DNA of 64,000 nucleotides. It comes from Eledone cirrhosa. Lineage: Eukaryota. Positions 12,728-26,924 of this stretch are shown piece by piece. Every line of letters starts with the position of its first letter. The stretch's first letter is position 1. The position numbers and the translations under genes were made by a program. Under the pieces are notes generated by a model. The model searched no databases and was not told the origin of the DNA. It was given only the letters and a program-made list of their open reading frames with translations. Location: NCBI GenBank assembly GCA_964016885.1, contig OZ024741.1:176948001-177012000 (forward strand), written 5' to 3'.

Positions 12728-12739
12728 GGTAAATACTAA

Positions 12740-13760
12740 TTACATAACACTTACCCCAAAACCAAGCCCCTGCCCGACCACAGTTTTGAGAAAATCAACA
12801 TCTATAAATTTCACGCCGCACACACACACCACACCAAATCGACTCATACCACAAACAAATACTGTTGAAATGCACACCGCATACCGGATATAGACCCAAC
12901 TACACGTACAACAATCGAGAGAAGGCTGCATCAATAAAATCAACACAATCCTAAGACACTATCTACACAATTATCTTAAAGTAATTTGCACATTATGACT
13001 AATATAGGGAGGTCAAATATCGACACACATATTAGATCATATTTTTTAATACCATACAACTATTGCACTGACACTGCTAAAACCGTCTATATAGATTTAG
13101 GCATACACAACGATAGGTCTACATATGCACATCAAACCTAAAACATGTCACAGCCGTCAATCAAACTATCTTAAGGAAAGAGTTAGAAGACTATACACTC
13201 GCAAACACAGATACAGCTGCAAATTTATATTACCTGCATTTCAGACCTTCTTTCCCGGTGGAATAAGGCCTAAACATAATAGACAGAACAGCACAAACAT
13301 ACTGTCCGACACCCACACAAAATATACAAATAATATGCATTCAACAATACACTGGACCCATATCTAAAACAGTGCACAGAAGAATTGCCATACCAAGAAA
13401 ATAATTGATTGAATGTTGACCAATGGCTAAAGACAACCAAACGGATAAGTTGTCTGCTGGCCAGAACCTAAAACACACTGTCAAACGCAGCGACGAACAT
13501 TAAAACCACCTTAATGACGAAAAACGCCATAAACATTAAAATAGATAAAACACAAGTCAAAGGCTATAACCAACATCAAAGCCACCACTATTTACTTACA
13601 TAAACCCCACCATTTCTTTCTCCACCTATGTATATATTTTATCGTTTTCTTGTTTCGTTTCTTTTTTCCTCCTTTAATCTTTGCTCTGCCACGCCGTCTT
13701 TATTTTCCTTTTAAGAATATCATCAAAATGTCATCTTCCTGATAAGTCTCCTTACCTAAA
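12740..13760 (+). pseudogene. Highly decayed PLE RT/EN remnant
   Basis: Residual motifs 'QTNTVEM' (Q..G..MG), 'YIDLGI', 'HIKPKT' and a pyrimidine-rich 3' tail; many stops. Confidence 0.4.
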
Positions 13761-15790
13761 CAATGATGCTATAACCACACGCCAATGAGATACTTTGGAA
13801 ACAAGCTGAATAAACTTAGATTAGATTTTCATTTGATATCAGAACTGTAAACGCTTAACCGTAAAGCAGAACAATCCATATAAAATTTACATTCTTCTAT
13901 TCGTAAGTAGAATGTAGTAAGTTAATTATAGTCTTACCTGTTTAAACCAGTAACATTGCAGATATATTTATATATATTTAAAGTTATATCTGTCTATATA
14001 CAGTGTGAGCAAATCAGACGGCGCCAATGTGCTTAGAAACATACATAATTTCAATACATAGTGATGTACCCATACCAGAAATACGAATTTCTCTGTAAAT
14101 TGAAAACAATGATAAACACCTCAAGAGGTTTTCGAACCTATCTGGGTATTCATCGAAAGGTGTATATATCATCTAATCGGACACACAGAAACACAAATAT
14201 GTTTGATTGGCTTATATATACATTCGAATATAGAAGTATTCTGAAATGGAGGTACTCATTTGCATTTAATTATCGCACGTGTTTGTAGATACATAATGAA
14301 GTTCATGAAGCAGCCACAGTGTTCGTTAAAATAGAGTGGGTAACTTAGACTGTGACAAAGTCCATATACATATACCCATTTAATCATCTAAACATGACAG
14401 AAATACAGATTTCCCTATAAATAAAAAAAACTGATAAACACCTTTAATCCATAACCAGACCTCATTGGCACTTCGCCAGCAGGTGTGCATATGATGCAAA
14501 CACATACTAAGCAACACAAACGTATTTGATGGGATAAACATGTTATACACGTAGCAGAAAATAAACATCTTTGTCAAGCAGAAAGCTAATAATTGTGCTG
14601 GCTGATAGAAATCATTCGTGGTGATTGCGCAAATAGGGAAGCTTGTCTGGTATGATCATGGTTCCCCTCTACACCCCTTGTCTAAAACTATCTTTCAGGG
14701 CACTGTCAAGGGAAGGTGAAGGAGAGGCAGAAAAGAAAATCCTGGTCTGAAAACAACAAAGACTGAGCAGATCACAACACCGCGACCCTTCAACATATAA
14801 AGGACAATATAGAGACAGTGAGGGCAGACTGAGAAAGCATCTAGAGTGGTACCCCTACAACTGGCTGCATCAGTTGCGGGAACGTGATTAATTGATATAG
14901 TCATTTGTTTATCGTAATATTCTGATACGGGTGTATTAAATTACACTGGGTAATTGCTGGCCTTGTGCCTAACGTAGAAACAATTAATTTACATATAATT
15001 AGCACATGTATTGGTGGTTATTTAAAATATATTTTAAGAAGGGCACCAAGCAATTGATGTGTACGGTAAAATAGAGTGGGTAAACAAGGCTGAACCAAAC
15101 TGTATATATATACACAGTATACAGGTAAATATGCCAGAAATACAAATTGTCCTGTAAATTGAAAGTCCTAATTAGGTCTTTATAAATATGTGTATATGAT
15201 CTAAACAAACGCTAGGAAACCGGGGCGATTTGATAGACTTTAATTATGTAGGTATGTAAACATATTAGACATACGAATTTCCTTGTAAATTGAAAAGTTA
15301 AAAGACACAATAAATCATCGGCATCAGATGGCGGGTATATCATCGAAACAAACCCAAAGAAACGTGTATGTGATGGGCCTATATTCCCATTCGATTATAG
15401 TAATATTCTGAAGTTGACATACTAATGATGTAAATTCACATGCGTGTGTAAATATGTGTGTGCATCTGTGTTTATTTATGTTTGTATATATAAATACATA
15501 TACTTTCATATTGACACACACACACACACATACACATATATATCTATATTAAATATAAAGACTACCCCCTCCCTCCTTTGGTCAGGAATGATCATGGGAT
15601 TTTCACATAGAATGCGACCTTCGAGGCACAGTCAGCAATGAATACATGTTTCGTATTTCCACGTCACCTTCTTTCTAGCTTTAGGGGAAATAGTTTTTTG
15701 TTAAGGACTCAACGCATAACTCGTTCCGCAAATAGAACTCAACACCTCATGGGTGCAAGCCCAACACTACAATCACTAGTCCATGCAAAT

Positions 15791-15897
<107 letters not shown>

Positions 15898-16016
15898 GCA
15901 AAAGTTTTATTTAAAATTGTTGGGTTACAACAAGTAAATATTTTATAACTGATATAAAGCACTCGACAAGTTTTGGGAGTAGATATACGATATTAAACAA
16001 ATGGAAACTATATTGT
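15898..16016 (-). repeat. 3' tail of the hammerhead-bearing family also at 30775-31065 and 40152-40445
   Basis: Reverse complement of ..GTGCTTTATATCAGTTATA..CCCAACAAT.TAAATAGAA.TTT; abuts (TA)n. Confidence 0.7.
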
Positions 16017-16019
16017 ATA

Positions 16020-16822
16020 TATATATATATATATAACGTTGTATTCTTGTCTGTTTGTTTGTTTGTTCACGAACTACTCCTATGGTTTTGGAGATAGAGC
16101 CCCATAATCATATATATTCTGAAACTATATTGCCCAGTGTGCTTGGATAACTATATTTCATTTTAATCAAAGGGTTCCCCAGTGGCACAAACCCCCGCTG
16201 AATATATTTTCCCTTCAATTGATAAGAAATTTAAACCATACCTAAATGACAGGTTATGATACCTATTCACAAAATTTCAGTCAATTTAATTAATATAGAG
16301 ACACCGCAATGGTGGTTACACCCTCTATAGTGAAAATTGTGGCCAATAAATGGAACAACATTTCACGAACTCCTCCTATAGTTTTGTAGACAGAGCCCCA
16401 TAACCATATATAATCTGAAACTACATTGGCCAGGGTACTTGTATAAGTATATTTCATTTTAATGAAGCGGTTCCCCGGGAGCATAAAACCTCCGCTGAAC
16501 ATTGTTTCCCTTCGATTTGAATGAAATTTAAACCACAGGTAAATCGCAAGATCTGATGCCTATTCACAAAAGTTTTGAATTGATATTTTGGAAAAAAATA
16601 TTTACAAGAAACAAAATAGAAATATCATTTGATAATGTAATTTTGATGTGATATATTACCAAAAATGTTTTCCAATTTTTCATGCATTACATTTTACATT
16701 GGGTAGTATTGAATTGCAGGCAGAGTTTTTCTCCATAAATTATATCACTGATTTAAAATCAATCATCATTTTCTTACAAAAAATAATGTGTGAAACGCAG
16801 CAAGGTGCGGGTAATTCGGCTA

Positions 16823-16823
<1 letters not shown>
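16020..16823 (+). mobile_element. Probable non-autonomous Helitron
   Basis: Starts TATATATAA..(GTTT)n; internal direct duplication (~16070-16280 and ~16366-16575); ends with hairpin cgca-gcaagg-tgcg then CTAG|T at 16820-16823. Confidence 0.55.
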
Positions 16824-16850
<27 letters not shown>

Positions 16851-16858
<8 letters not shown>

Positions 16859-18190
16859 AAATAAATAAGTCAAATGTTTAAAATTTGGCTTCGTTTATTA
16901 CTGCTATATACATCTTTGGCTGACATCTTCAGGCTGTCCGAATTAGTGTGGTAGAGGCGAGTACAAATGTTGTTGAGGTGTATAACTTTGTCAATACTCT
17001 GATATGCCTAGTTCCTGGTTGGGTTGTTATTTCACTGAGGAACTGGAATCTTATGAATTCAAACAAACGAATTTCAGCGTCAAAGGACATCTCCCCCATT
17101 GGTCAGCTGTTAGAATATTCCTCAGTCAAAAGTCTATAGAAATTCGTTCTGAGGCAAGCCAGTCTGTAGTTGTTGTTCTTGTTATTGTTAGATACATCTG
17201 ACGTCTATTCTTGTGCTCGTAGTGGTGTTATTGTTGGAGTCAGCTAAAAAAAAAAGTGATAAAGTGGTAGAAGGAATAAGATGGTAAAGTAACAAAATAA
17301 AATAAAATAATCGAATAAAATGTGTATGTGTGTTATAACCATCTCAATTTTATAAAGATTCCCATTGGTCAGTATGAGAGCATTCCTCAGTACAAAGTCT
17401 ATAGAAATTCTTTCTGGGGTGAGGCTCCCTGTAGTCTTTGTCTTTGCTATCACAAACACAAACACAAACACTACATGGAGCCTCACCCCAGAAAGAATTT
17501 CTATTGACTTTGGACTGAGGAATGCTCTCAAAACTGAGCAATAGGAAGTTTGACCTTACAAATCTTTATAACATTGAGATGGGTATAACACATACACGCA
17601 TTTTATTCGATTATTTAATTTATTTTGTTCCTTTACCATCTTATTTCTTCTACCACTTTATCATTTTGTTTTTAGCTGACTCCAACAATAACACCACTAC
17701 CAGCACAAGAATAGAGGTCAGATATACCTAACAATAACAAGAACAACAACTACAGATTGGCTTGCCTCAGAAAGAATTTCTATAGACTTTTGACTGAGGA
17801 ATGTTCTAACAACTGACCAATGAGAGAAGAAGAGGCCCTTTGACTCTGAAATTCGTTTGTTTGAATTCATAAGATTCCAGTTCCTCAGTGAAATAACAAC
17901 CCAACCAGGAACTGGGCATATGAGAGTATTGACAAAGTTATACACCTCAACAACATGTGTACTCGTCTCTACCACACTAATTCGGACTGCATGAAGAGGT
18001 CACAGCCAAAGTTGGCTGTTGCCGAAATATATATAGCAGTAATAAACGAAGCCAAATTTTAGACATTTGACTTATTTATTTTATTTTATTTTACATTACT
18101 CCGGAGTAACCAAACCAACCTGCGCACTTCGTCGAGTGCTCCAATCTGCATACTGAGGTGTTGGTGTACAACCAACATATACTCAAAATT
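16851..18190. mobile_element. Fold-back (inverted) PLE-like 3' end, ~600-bp arms
   Basis: 16851-17445 is the diverged reverse complement of ~17460-18090; the right arm has an extra ~100-bp tail; hammerhead at 17986-18040; (TA)n on both sides. Confidence 0.8.
17986..18040 (+). ncRNA. Type I hammerhead (C3 mutated in this copy)
   Basis: actgc-ATGAAGA-ggtcacagccaa ag ttggctgttgcc-GAAA-tatata-TA-gcagt; the left-arm copy retains CTGAAGA but has lost GAAA. Confidence 0.65.
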
Positions 18191-18274
18191 TATATATATA
18201 TAGAGAGAGATATATATATATATTAAAAAGCCTTTGCTTGTACTGCCTCTCTGTTTTCATTCCCGTTTCAGGTT

Positions 18275-18326
<52 letters not shown>

Positions 18327-19379
18327 CATTTATATACGTCTGTGTATGTGCGTGTGTATAAATATAAATATATATATATAGAAAGATGGAGAGAGATAGA
18401 GAGAGAGAGACATAGACAGACATAGAGAGAGGGGGAAGACAGAGGTGGGGGTGACAGAGAAATATAAGAAAGACATTTGATGAAAGCAAACATTAATATT
18501 TACATCCTTACATAAAATACTATGTATGACAGGAGACCTTATTTCATAAATACTTTTCATTAGCTTTTACAGCAATAATAAAAACTGAAAAGCAGCTAAA
18601 AATAATTGAAAATATAAATATATAAAGAGAAATATGAAAATAGCTCTCTTACGCTACATGTATTTTCAATATATAGTATAAAGGTTACGAAAACTGGGTG
18701 TCGAAACGTTGAAATAAAAAGCAATCCTGAACCAACTCTATTTAATATATATTTTGAATAGCTTTAAGCTCAAATATAAAGATGAAAAACCACATTAATA
18801 CCGCTAAATTGTAGACATTCTTAAATTAATAAGTTTGTACAATGGCATACCCATTTCAGCCTGGATTTTTTTCAATCGTTTTATGGAATTTCTCATACGA
18901 GAGGAAATAAATATCACGTTAAAATGAGATCAAAGCCTCAACGCTTCTCATATAATGCTTGTTCCAATTAATCTCTGGAGAAATGTAGCCTCAACAGGAA
19001 AACAATATTCAATTTGCATTCCATCCAATAATAACAAATAATATTTATATAGTGCGTAGACTATTTAATTTGCCCGGGACCTGTGAATTCGTTTTGAATT
19101 GAGCGTCAGGGTTTGAAACATAAATGCTTTTGAATGGAAATTAATATATTTCAAACAACGTCTTTTTCTATAATCCTGTTACTTTCTAGAATTCTCTTAC
19201 TGCTAAAATCTTTCCTACTCTCATCGATTAGAAGGAGTGTAAACAGAAAGTCAAAAAAATATTCTCATGCATTTCAAATGGTTTGTGTACCACAGATAAT
19301 AAGCGTATTAATAATATCGAAATGATGGGCTTTGTTACTCAGGAGTTTCAGCTGTACAAACACACACACACACACAACC

Positions 19380-19537
<158 letters not shown>

Positions 19538-20029
19538 GTGAAGTCTTTTTACAAAATGAAAAAAACCGAGAGTATAAGGAAAAAAGATGAAATAGAAAAT
19601 GCAACTGGAGTCTTTTTCTTTTAAATATATTTATTTTGTTCATCAACCGGTTTCACAGTTCTTGTGCTTTTCAAAAGTAGAATTGAGATGGAGGTTTTGT
19701 TGTTTTCCTCACATCTCGTTGGTGTTTGAATGTTACTTCTGTTTTATATGGAAAAAGTGGCTCGAAATGCTAGGTTTTTAGAGAAGTAATTAGGTTGGTT
19801 GATGACTGTCATGTGAATAAGTATAATACATATCGCGCCAGTTCGCGTTACAATGTTCTTATCATATTTGCCTTCAAAAAAGGGGCTCTCAGATTATTTT
19901 TTCATATATGAGTGAAATTTTGTTGGTTGATCGGTCACGTATTAAGCACATCAGCTTTCGCGCCATTTTGTGTTTGAATTTCTTTTTACTTTAAAAAAAG
20001 TGGCTCACGATTCATTTTTTTTATAAGTG

Positions 20030-21185
20030 TAATTTGATTGGTTATAAATGAAATTATTACTGTCACGTGTCACGTGAACAAGTACATTAAATTTCGCGCC
20101 CGTATTTTGGAATATGTTTGTAGCCATTTAGAGAATGTTGTGCCGAACAAAAGATAATGTTCAAGAAAAAGAGGATGCGGAGATTTGTTCTGAGTATGAC
20201 TGATGTGCTGAAATGTAATTTGATTGGTTATAAATGAAATTATTCCTGTCACGTGAACAAGTACATTAAATCTCGCGCCCGTATTTGGGAATTTCTTTTT
20301 TAGCCTTTCAGAGGATTTTGTGCCAAACAAAAGATAATGGTCAATAAAAACGGAATGGGGAGATTTCTTCTGGTTCAGTGAAAATGGCTGGTGTGCTGGG
20401 GTGTCACAATTCAGACTTTCTATTGAAATAAAGAAAGTAGAGATATGTATGTTTATTTGTGGGCTGGTGTGTGTGTATGTGTGCGTATGTTTGTGTTGTG
20501 TGTGTGTGTGTTGTGTGTGTGTGTAGGAAGATGATTCTATTAGTAGAAATGGGGGAGGGAGTTGTGTGCATGGGTGTTATTTGTGTGTGTCGGATATGGT
20601 TAGCATGTTAAAATGGAGAGAATATATACATATTTTTGTGTGTGAGCGTGTGTGGCTGGTGTGGTTAGCATCTTAAGGTGTTAGAGTATTAACGTATATT
20701 AAGTTTTATTTAGCTCTGGTTTTTATTTTCGAAAATAGAAGGCGTCATGTGTGTGTGTATGTATGTGTCTCTTTGGATGGTTAGTATGTTATGGTGTTGA
20801 CATAATGTATATTAAACTATATTTAATGCTGGTCTATATTTTTGAATAAACATATTTTCCTTATTTATTCGTATTTGTTCTGTTGTATTGTCAGCGGAAA
20901 GATAAAATGGGAAGACTTGGAATTTGGGTGTCTTATCACTTGCGCATATGTCGAGATTTGCACTGAGTGGTATCTGTCTTGTGGTAGGGTCTCGTAATTT
21001 TTGGCGATGAATTGTTATTCTGTTTCTGAGTGTGAGTTTAGTTTGTTCTCTATAATCTTCATTGCATACTTTACATTTAATGGCATAAAGTAGATTTTTT
21101 GACGAGCAAGTGAAGTGATTTTTACAGCAAAATGTTGTCCTAATTGAAATGTATACGTGTTGCCTTCAATGAGGTGGGTGCAGGT
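20030..21185 (-). mobile_element. Degenerate PLE 3' part (Neptune-like GIY-YIG + 3' UTR with short tandem repeats)
   Basis: Minus strand ~21185-20880 reads TCTHLIEG..FTCSSKNLLYAIKCKVCNEDYREQTKLTLRNRITIHRQKLRDPTTRQIPLS..LDIC...FQVFPFY; ~185-bp duplication at 20030-20345. Confidence 0.65.
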
Positions 21186-21565
21186 CTCTCACTCACATCC
21201 ACACATACACTGACACACGTACACATACACACATATACACCACCTTCCACTCTCCCTTACGGACCCCTGTTTCCTGATCCCCTCTCCCTCCTCCATCCAA
21301 TAACCACCCCACCCCTACATGCCTCACACCCTTTCACCACTCGTTTTCATTTTAATTGCTTTACTTCCTTTTAAGCCCCACTTTAATGTCTTTCCACTAC
21401 ACCCCTCGCATCCTCGGAACTCTATTCCTTCCCTCTTTTCTCCTGATGAAGGGATTATGCTCGAAATATCCCCCCCACCCCACTCTCAAACCTGAACTTA
21501 ATACCAACACTGTTCGTACTGCACTCTTTCTTATTGTTTTTGTTTTTGTTTTTGTTTGTTTCTTA

Positions 21566-21602
<37 letters not shown>

Positions 21603-22367
21603 CAAGATTTTTAAAATAACACAAAGTCACAATTAAACAAAGTCTAGTTGTTTCAGTAATGGAATGTCTTAATGTATCCAAATTTAGTCCCTTACTAGGA
21701 TTCAGTGTAAAGTTAATAGAGGGAGAAGGTTCGAAGGTCGATGAAAAATAAAAGGTCGGTTATCAGGATGGATGAAGTGGACAGGTAAGTATGACTGCAC
21801 CTATGACTGGAGCACTGAGGTTATTGCGGAGCGTTAGAGTCTATCATTGATGTTGATATATGAGTGCAGATATGGTGCATTTTTTAGGGAAAAATGATGT
21901 TTTTAAATTTGATTAGTCTGTATGTGCGCGTTTATGTTCGTGTATGGGTGCCTGGTTGGTTTATATTTTGTTCGCTTATATTTATGTATGTGTCCGCTCG
22001 TGTGTGGTTTGGTATATGTGGTTCAGTTTATATGTATATATTTTGTGTATTGACAATAGAAGTGAGTGTGTCCGTGTACCCCTGTTCGGTAGCATCTGTG
22101 TTCTTCTGTGTGTGTATTTTCGTGTATGTAGGCTTTAGTCAGCGGCATTTTAATAGGTGTGTGTGTGTATGTGTATGTTCTTTTTGTGAGTTCATATATG
22201 AGTGTGGTTGCGTATATGCGTGTGTGTTTACGTGTGAATGTATGTGTGTGTGGGTGTGTGGTACTAGTGTGTGTGTATGAATCAGAGTGGGTTTGTTTAG
22301 GTTGTGAGAGTGAATATGCATAGGAGTATATATGTGTTTAAATCAACGTGTGTGCATGTCTGTCTGG

Positions 22368-22453
<86 letters not shown>

Positions 22454-23859
22454 GTGAGTGTGTACCTTATACGAGCTCCAATCTAAAGCCCTGTATTCTG
22501 TAAGATAGCGCAGGAATTGTTTGCATTGTTATTTAGTTTGTATCTTAAAACTTTTAAGTGAGGTATGGAATGCCACAGCTCTAATAGCATAATTCAAATT
22601 CAGAACTCGTTGTGGAACAAAATTACCCCGAGTGAAACAAATACATTTACAATCTACAGTGTCTGCTACACATCTTAAAATAGAACATTTCATACGCTAA
22701 CATCTGATATATTAAACATTCTTGGTTATGTTTTGTAGCACTTCGATGATATTTTATTTTCCACATTTTTACCAATGATCAGGCGCCTTTTGATAAACAA
22801 TAATACATACAATTTTAAAAATAATTCTTCTTTTAGAAAGAACAGAAAAAAAATACAGATTTTCTCTTCTGATAGCCCCATCGGAATTAAGATGCTAACT
22901 AAAAAATGTATTTCCCAAACATTTAAAACATACACAACAAATTCCTATTACCAGTTCAACAGAAGTTCAACTTTCCTGAAGAAGGCGTTTATATCTAGCA
23001 GACAATCTTATGAACATATTACGAATTCTCTTCTCATGGTATCGAATTGAATAATTGGTAGTGAATATATTCGATGTGATATGTATTTCGACAGGCTAAA
23101 AGAACTGGCTATTATATATGCGAGTGTATGATGGAGTGAGCGAGGAGGATCTATATAAAGACAGGCATATATGAGGTATGGAGATGCAAAGAGAGAATGC
23201 TGATGATACTGCATGATAGAGAATTGAGACCAGCAAGATACATATATAATTTTTCCCGTTATTAATAGAAATCTTTGGCCACAGTACATTGGCACCATTG
23301 TGCTCTCTTCGCTGTCGAGTAATTTGATGGAGTGTAAATGAAAGATAAAAAAGAAATAATAATACTATTTAATGGATATGAAAAAAATGAGAATGAAAGA
23401 ATAAAAATGTATATAGATGAAAGATGAGAAATTAAAGACAGACGTGAGGAATTGAACAGAATAGGAATATGAACCCAATCAGACACAGGAAAAAGAACCA
23501 GATCCCCCGAAATTGAGTGGTATGGTATAATTCCCCATTCTACGCCTGATTACGTAATAATTTGTCCTCGCAATTCCCCGGTATAATTGAGAGGTGCTTC
23601 TCAATCGAACATATGTATCACATAACATTTAATAGATATAATGTCAAGCACCCATACCCTACGACTGGAACCTTAGCTCTGAACATAGACTCCATAAACC
23701 GGAATTGAATAAGGAAAATACATACATCCGAAAAAGTAGTGTAGAAGAACTTCAAATAAAACACCAGCCCAGCAAATCCCACGCATATGACCCAGTAGTT
23801 ACATCTCTGGTAGGCAACCTTCTCTCGGACCAATACAACTGACAACTAAACATCTCAAG

Positions 23860-24045
23860 ATCAACAAAATTAAAATGGTAGTACCGTGTAGATCCCACCG
23901 CGTAGGCAAAATTTGTAATTGTAGGATACACGAGCTATGTCCCTTAGAAGGCGAATGTCTTGTTTAAAATAAAAATAGTTAATAAATGTACGGTTAGTAC
24001 TAGCAACAGAGTAAACACTTACATAGGTGCAACTGCAACTAAATA
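23860..24045 (+). pseudogene. PLE Zn-linker/GIY-YIG fragment
   Basis: CNCRIHELCPLEGECLV...KCTVSTSNRVNTYIGATAT, homologous to the PLE-1 linker and endonuclease. Confidence 0.7.
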
Positions 24046-24049
24046 TTGA

Positions 24050-25469
24050 AGCGAGGAAAATACCCTGATTTGGACAACATATACTGAGAAATTATCAAAG
24101 CTAGAGGTGAACCAATTACCAAAGCACTTCAACATATTTTTAAATGTATTATCACTACAGGAAAAAAGCCCGGACATGTTCAAGAGAGCATTAATAGTTG
24201 TACTCTACAAAAAAGGTAGCAGACCTGATTGTCGGAACTATCGTCCTATCAGCCTATAGAGTCACGTTTACATGCTTTTCATGAGTATCATTGAAGCACG
24301 AGAAAAGTCAGACCTTTACGCCTCATTTCCTGAAATACAAGCTGCGTAACAACCTGGAAGAGGTACTTTTGAGCAGATACTAGCCATTGAACAAACCATT
24401 GAGAAATCAAAAGTAATCAACAACCCTGTGCACATCACCTTCATTGACTTCACAAAAGCTTTTGACAATATGAAACTACCCATCTTGTGGCAACTCTTAA
24501 ACAAGACCTCAATACACAAACAAATCCATCAACCTACTGAAAGAAACTCAACCGCATATATCAAAACAGATTTTGGAACTACACGGTGTATATATATATG
24601 GAAGTTACACAGTGGGATGTACTATCGGCATTTCTTTTCTGTATAGTTATAGCTTCACTTATCTATCAAACTGAAGAATAATTCTCCTTTGCCTATCAAA
24701 TAGGAGGTGAATTCCTATCAAATCTTAGCTATGCATACGATCTGGCCGCCATGAGTTATTCTAGATTTGCAAGACCTTCTGAATGTACTGGCCAAACATT
24801 CACTAGAGGCTGGCTTGCGCATCAACATCTCCAAAACAAAGTGTATGACAACTAATAAAAACACTGCCAATCTCCAACTCACAATCTATAACCAGCAAAG
24901 TGCTCAAGTTACGGCGTTTGTATATCTCGGTCACAAACTATCATTAAACAACAATGGAATAGTTGCTGCGAAGTATCGCATCGCTCTGGTTTGGAAAGCT
25001 TTCAACAAGAACAAGATTTTACTTACATCAAAATGATGTTCCTATAGTTTAAAGGCTAATATCTTCGATACGTACATCCTACCAGTTGTGTTATATGGTC
25101 TTGACTCTGTTAATTGAACGACAAGGTCACTTCAGAAGCTCTTTACATTCCAGAACCACATCATGAGACTTATGACTGCGTATCTGCGTATTATGACCGT
25201 ATCTGTATCAGTGAGCTGTTCAACATTACCAGATTTAGACCAATTACATCAATTGTCAAGTCAATTATACTCAAACTATTTGGTCATATAAACAGATCAA
25301 CTCGAGGTGTGAGTAGGTTATGACTGGAAGGAGAGTTGGCTGGTAGGAGAAGCAGAGGCCGGCAGCCAAAACAATGGTTTGATAATGTCAACCTATGGAC
25401 TGGACTTGATCTTTCCTCTTTAAACTCTGATGATGATGCGGAGTCTGCAACTAGCGGAGTTTAGCGTGA

Positions 25470-25502
<33 letters not shown>
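24050..25502 (+). mobile_element. Degenerate RTE-like LINE (RT to 3' end) with (GTA)n tail
   Basis: YKKGSRPDCRNYRPISL, FIDFTKAFD, YAYDL (YADD), GLRINISKTKCM, FVYLG, LKLFGHINR, GRRSRGR; many stops. Confidence 0.8.
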
Positions 25503-25566
25503 GTATAACCACTATCATTCATTTAGCAGACGGGATATATATAATATATATATATATGCTTTCACC

Positions 25567-25608
<42 letters not shown>

Positions 25609-25794
25609 TTTCACCATATTTTTTACTAAAGAAGTTTTAGCCCGTATATGTACGTCAATACTCATTTTTTCCATTTCTCTGAGGGTTATAAACCCCACTA
25701 TCGGGCTAAAGTTTCTTTAGTCAAAAATACGGTGAAAGCTTATATTTCTACTTTCTAATTTCTAACTCGCTCACTGTTTCAAAACATACTTACT

Positions 25795-25830
<36 letters not shown>

Positions 25831-26885
25831 AGATAAATCTACCAAAAGTTTACGGTAGTGTCCAATCCGTATGAAGAACTCAATGTATTCCGGATATCAT
25901 GAAAAGAGAAGATACATTCAAAAACTACTTTCGGTGAAAAATAAACGGAAAACAGAGTCAAGATAAATAAATAAAATAATGAATAAACAAAGAAACAGTT
26001 CATTATATTAAAAAAATTCATCATTTTACGATCGTTTCTAGGATATATATGTGTTAGAGTTGGTATGCATATTCTATAGATCTATGTACAATATTTATAC
26101 AAACTATCAGAGGGAATATACATACCTACACATATATATATGCTGTCTTCAGAAATAATGATATTTGTTTATTGTAAAAAAACAAAGATTCAATACAATA
26201 GGTCTGTTTGGAAACAGGTTTTGAATTGACCAATAGAGAGATAGTGAGGGTCAAGATAGTAATATAGTAGTAGAAGAACCTTAAATTATGGGTAGAGGAA
26301 GGTAGATTTCAGTTTTGCATGGAAAAGAATATTATGAATGAAGGATTATTTTAGAGAAGAAATAGGTCTTATGCTGACCTCAGAAATAATTTTATTTGTT
26401 CATTGAATAAAACCAACAAAGATCTAATATATTCTGTCTGTTTGGTAAGAGGTTTAGAATTAACCAATAGAAAGTTAATAATTGGCCAAATGGTAAAATA
26501 GTTGTAATTGAAGCTTATTTTAGGGGTGAAAATAGATCAGGTGGTCAGTAAAAGGTATACAAGCAGTTGCTGTTATAAAATAGTAATGCCAATACAAATA
26601 TCTAAGGTGACTAAAGTTTTACGATAAGAATGTTAGTGAAAAAAATACATCTATGAAAAGAATATAAATTAATTTAATTGATTGGTATATTTATATTGAT
26701 AAAATTACACTAATACATATAGATATGATAAATAAAAGTTAGATGCAGTTGAAAAGTGTTGTTAAAGATGAGGGGAAATTAAAAGAATATAAAAATAATA
26801 TATATATATATACTTATATATATATATATATATACATATATATACAGTTACACACACACATATACACACATATATATATACATAT

Positions 26886-26924
<39 letters not shown>

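Noticed and set aside
16851-18090. Fold-backs as sequencing or assembly artefacts
   Set aside because: Arms differ by many substitutions and indels and end at family-specific termini, unlike read chimeras; read-level confirmation is still advisable.
25558-25745. Short inverted repeat ending ..CGGTGAAAGC
   Set aside because: Probably another decayed fold-back, but the hammerhead core is missing and the family is unidentifiable.
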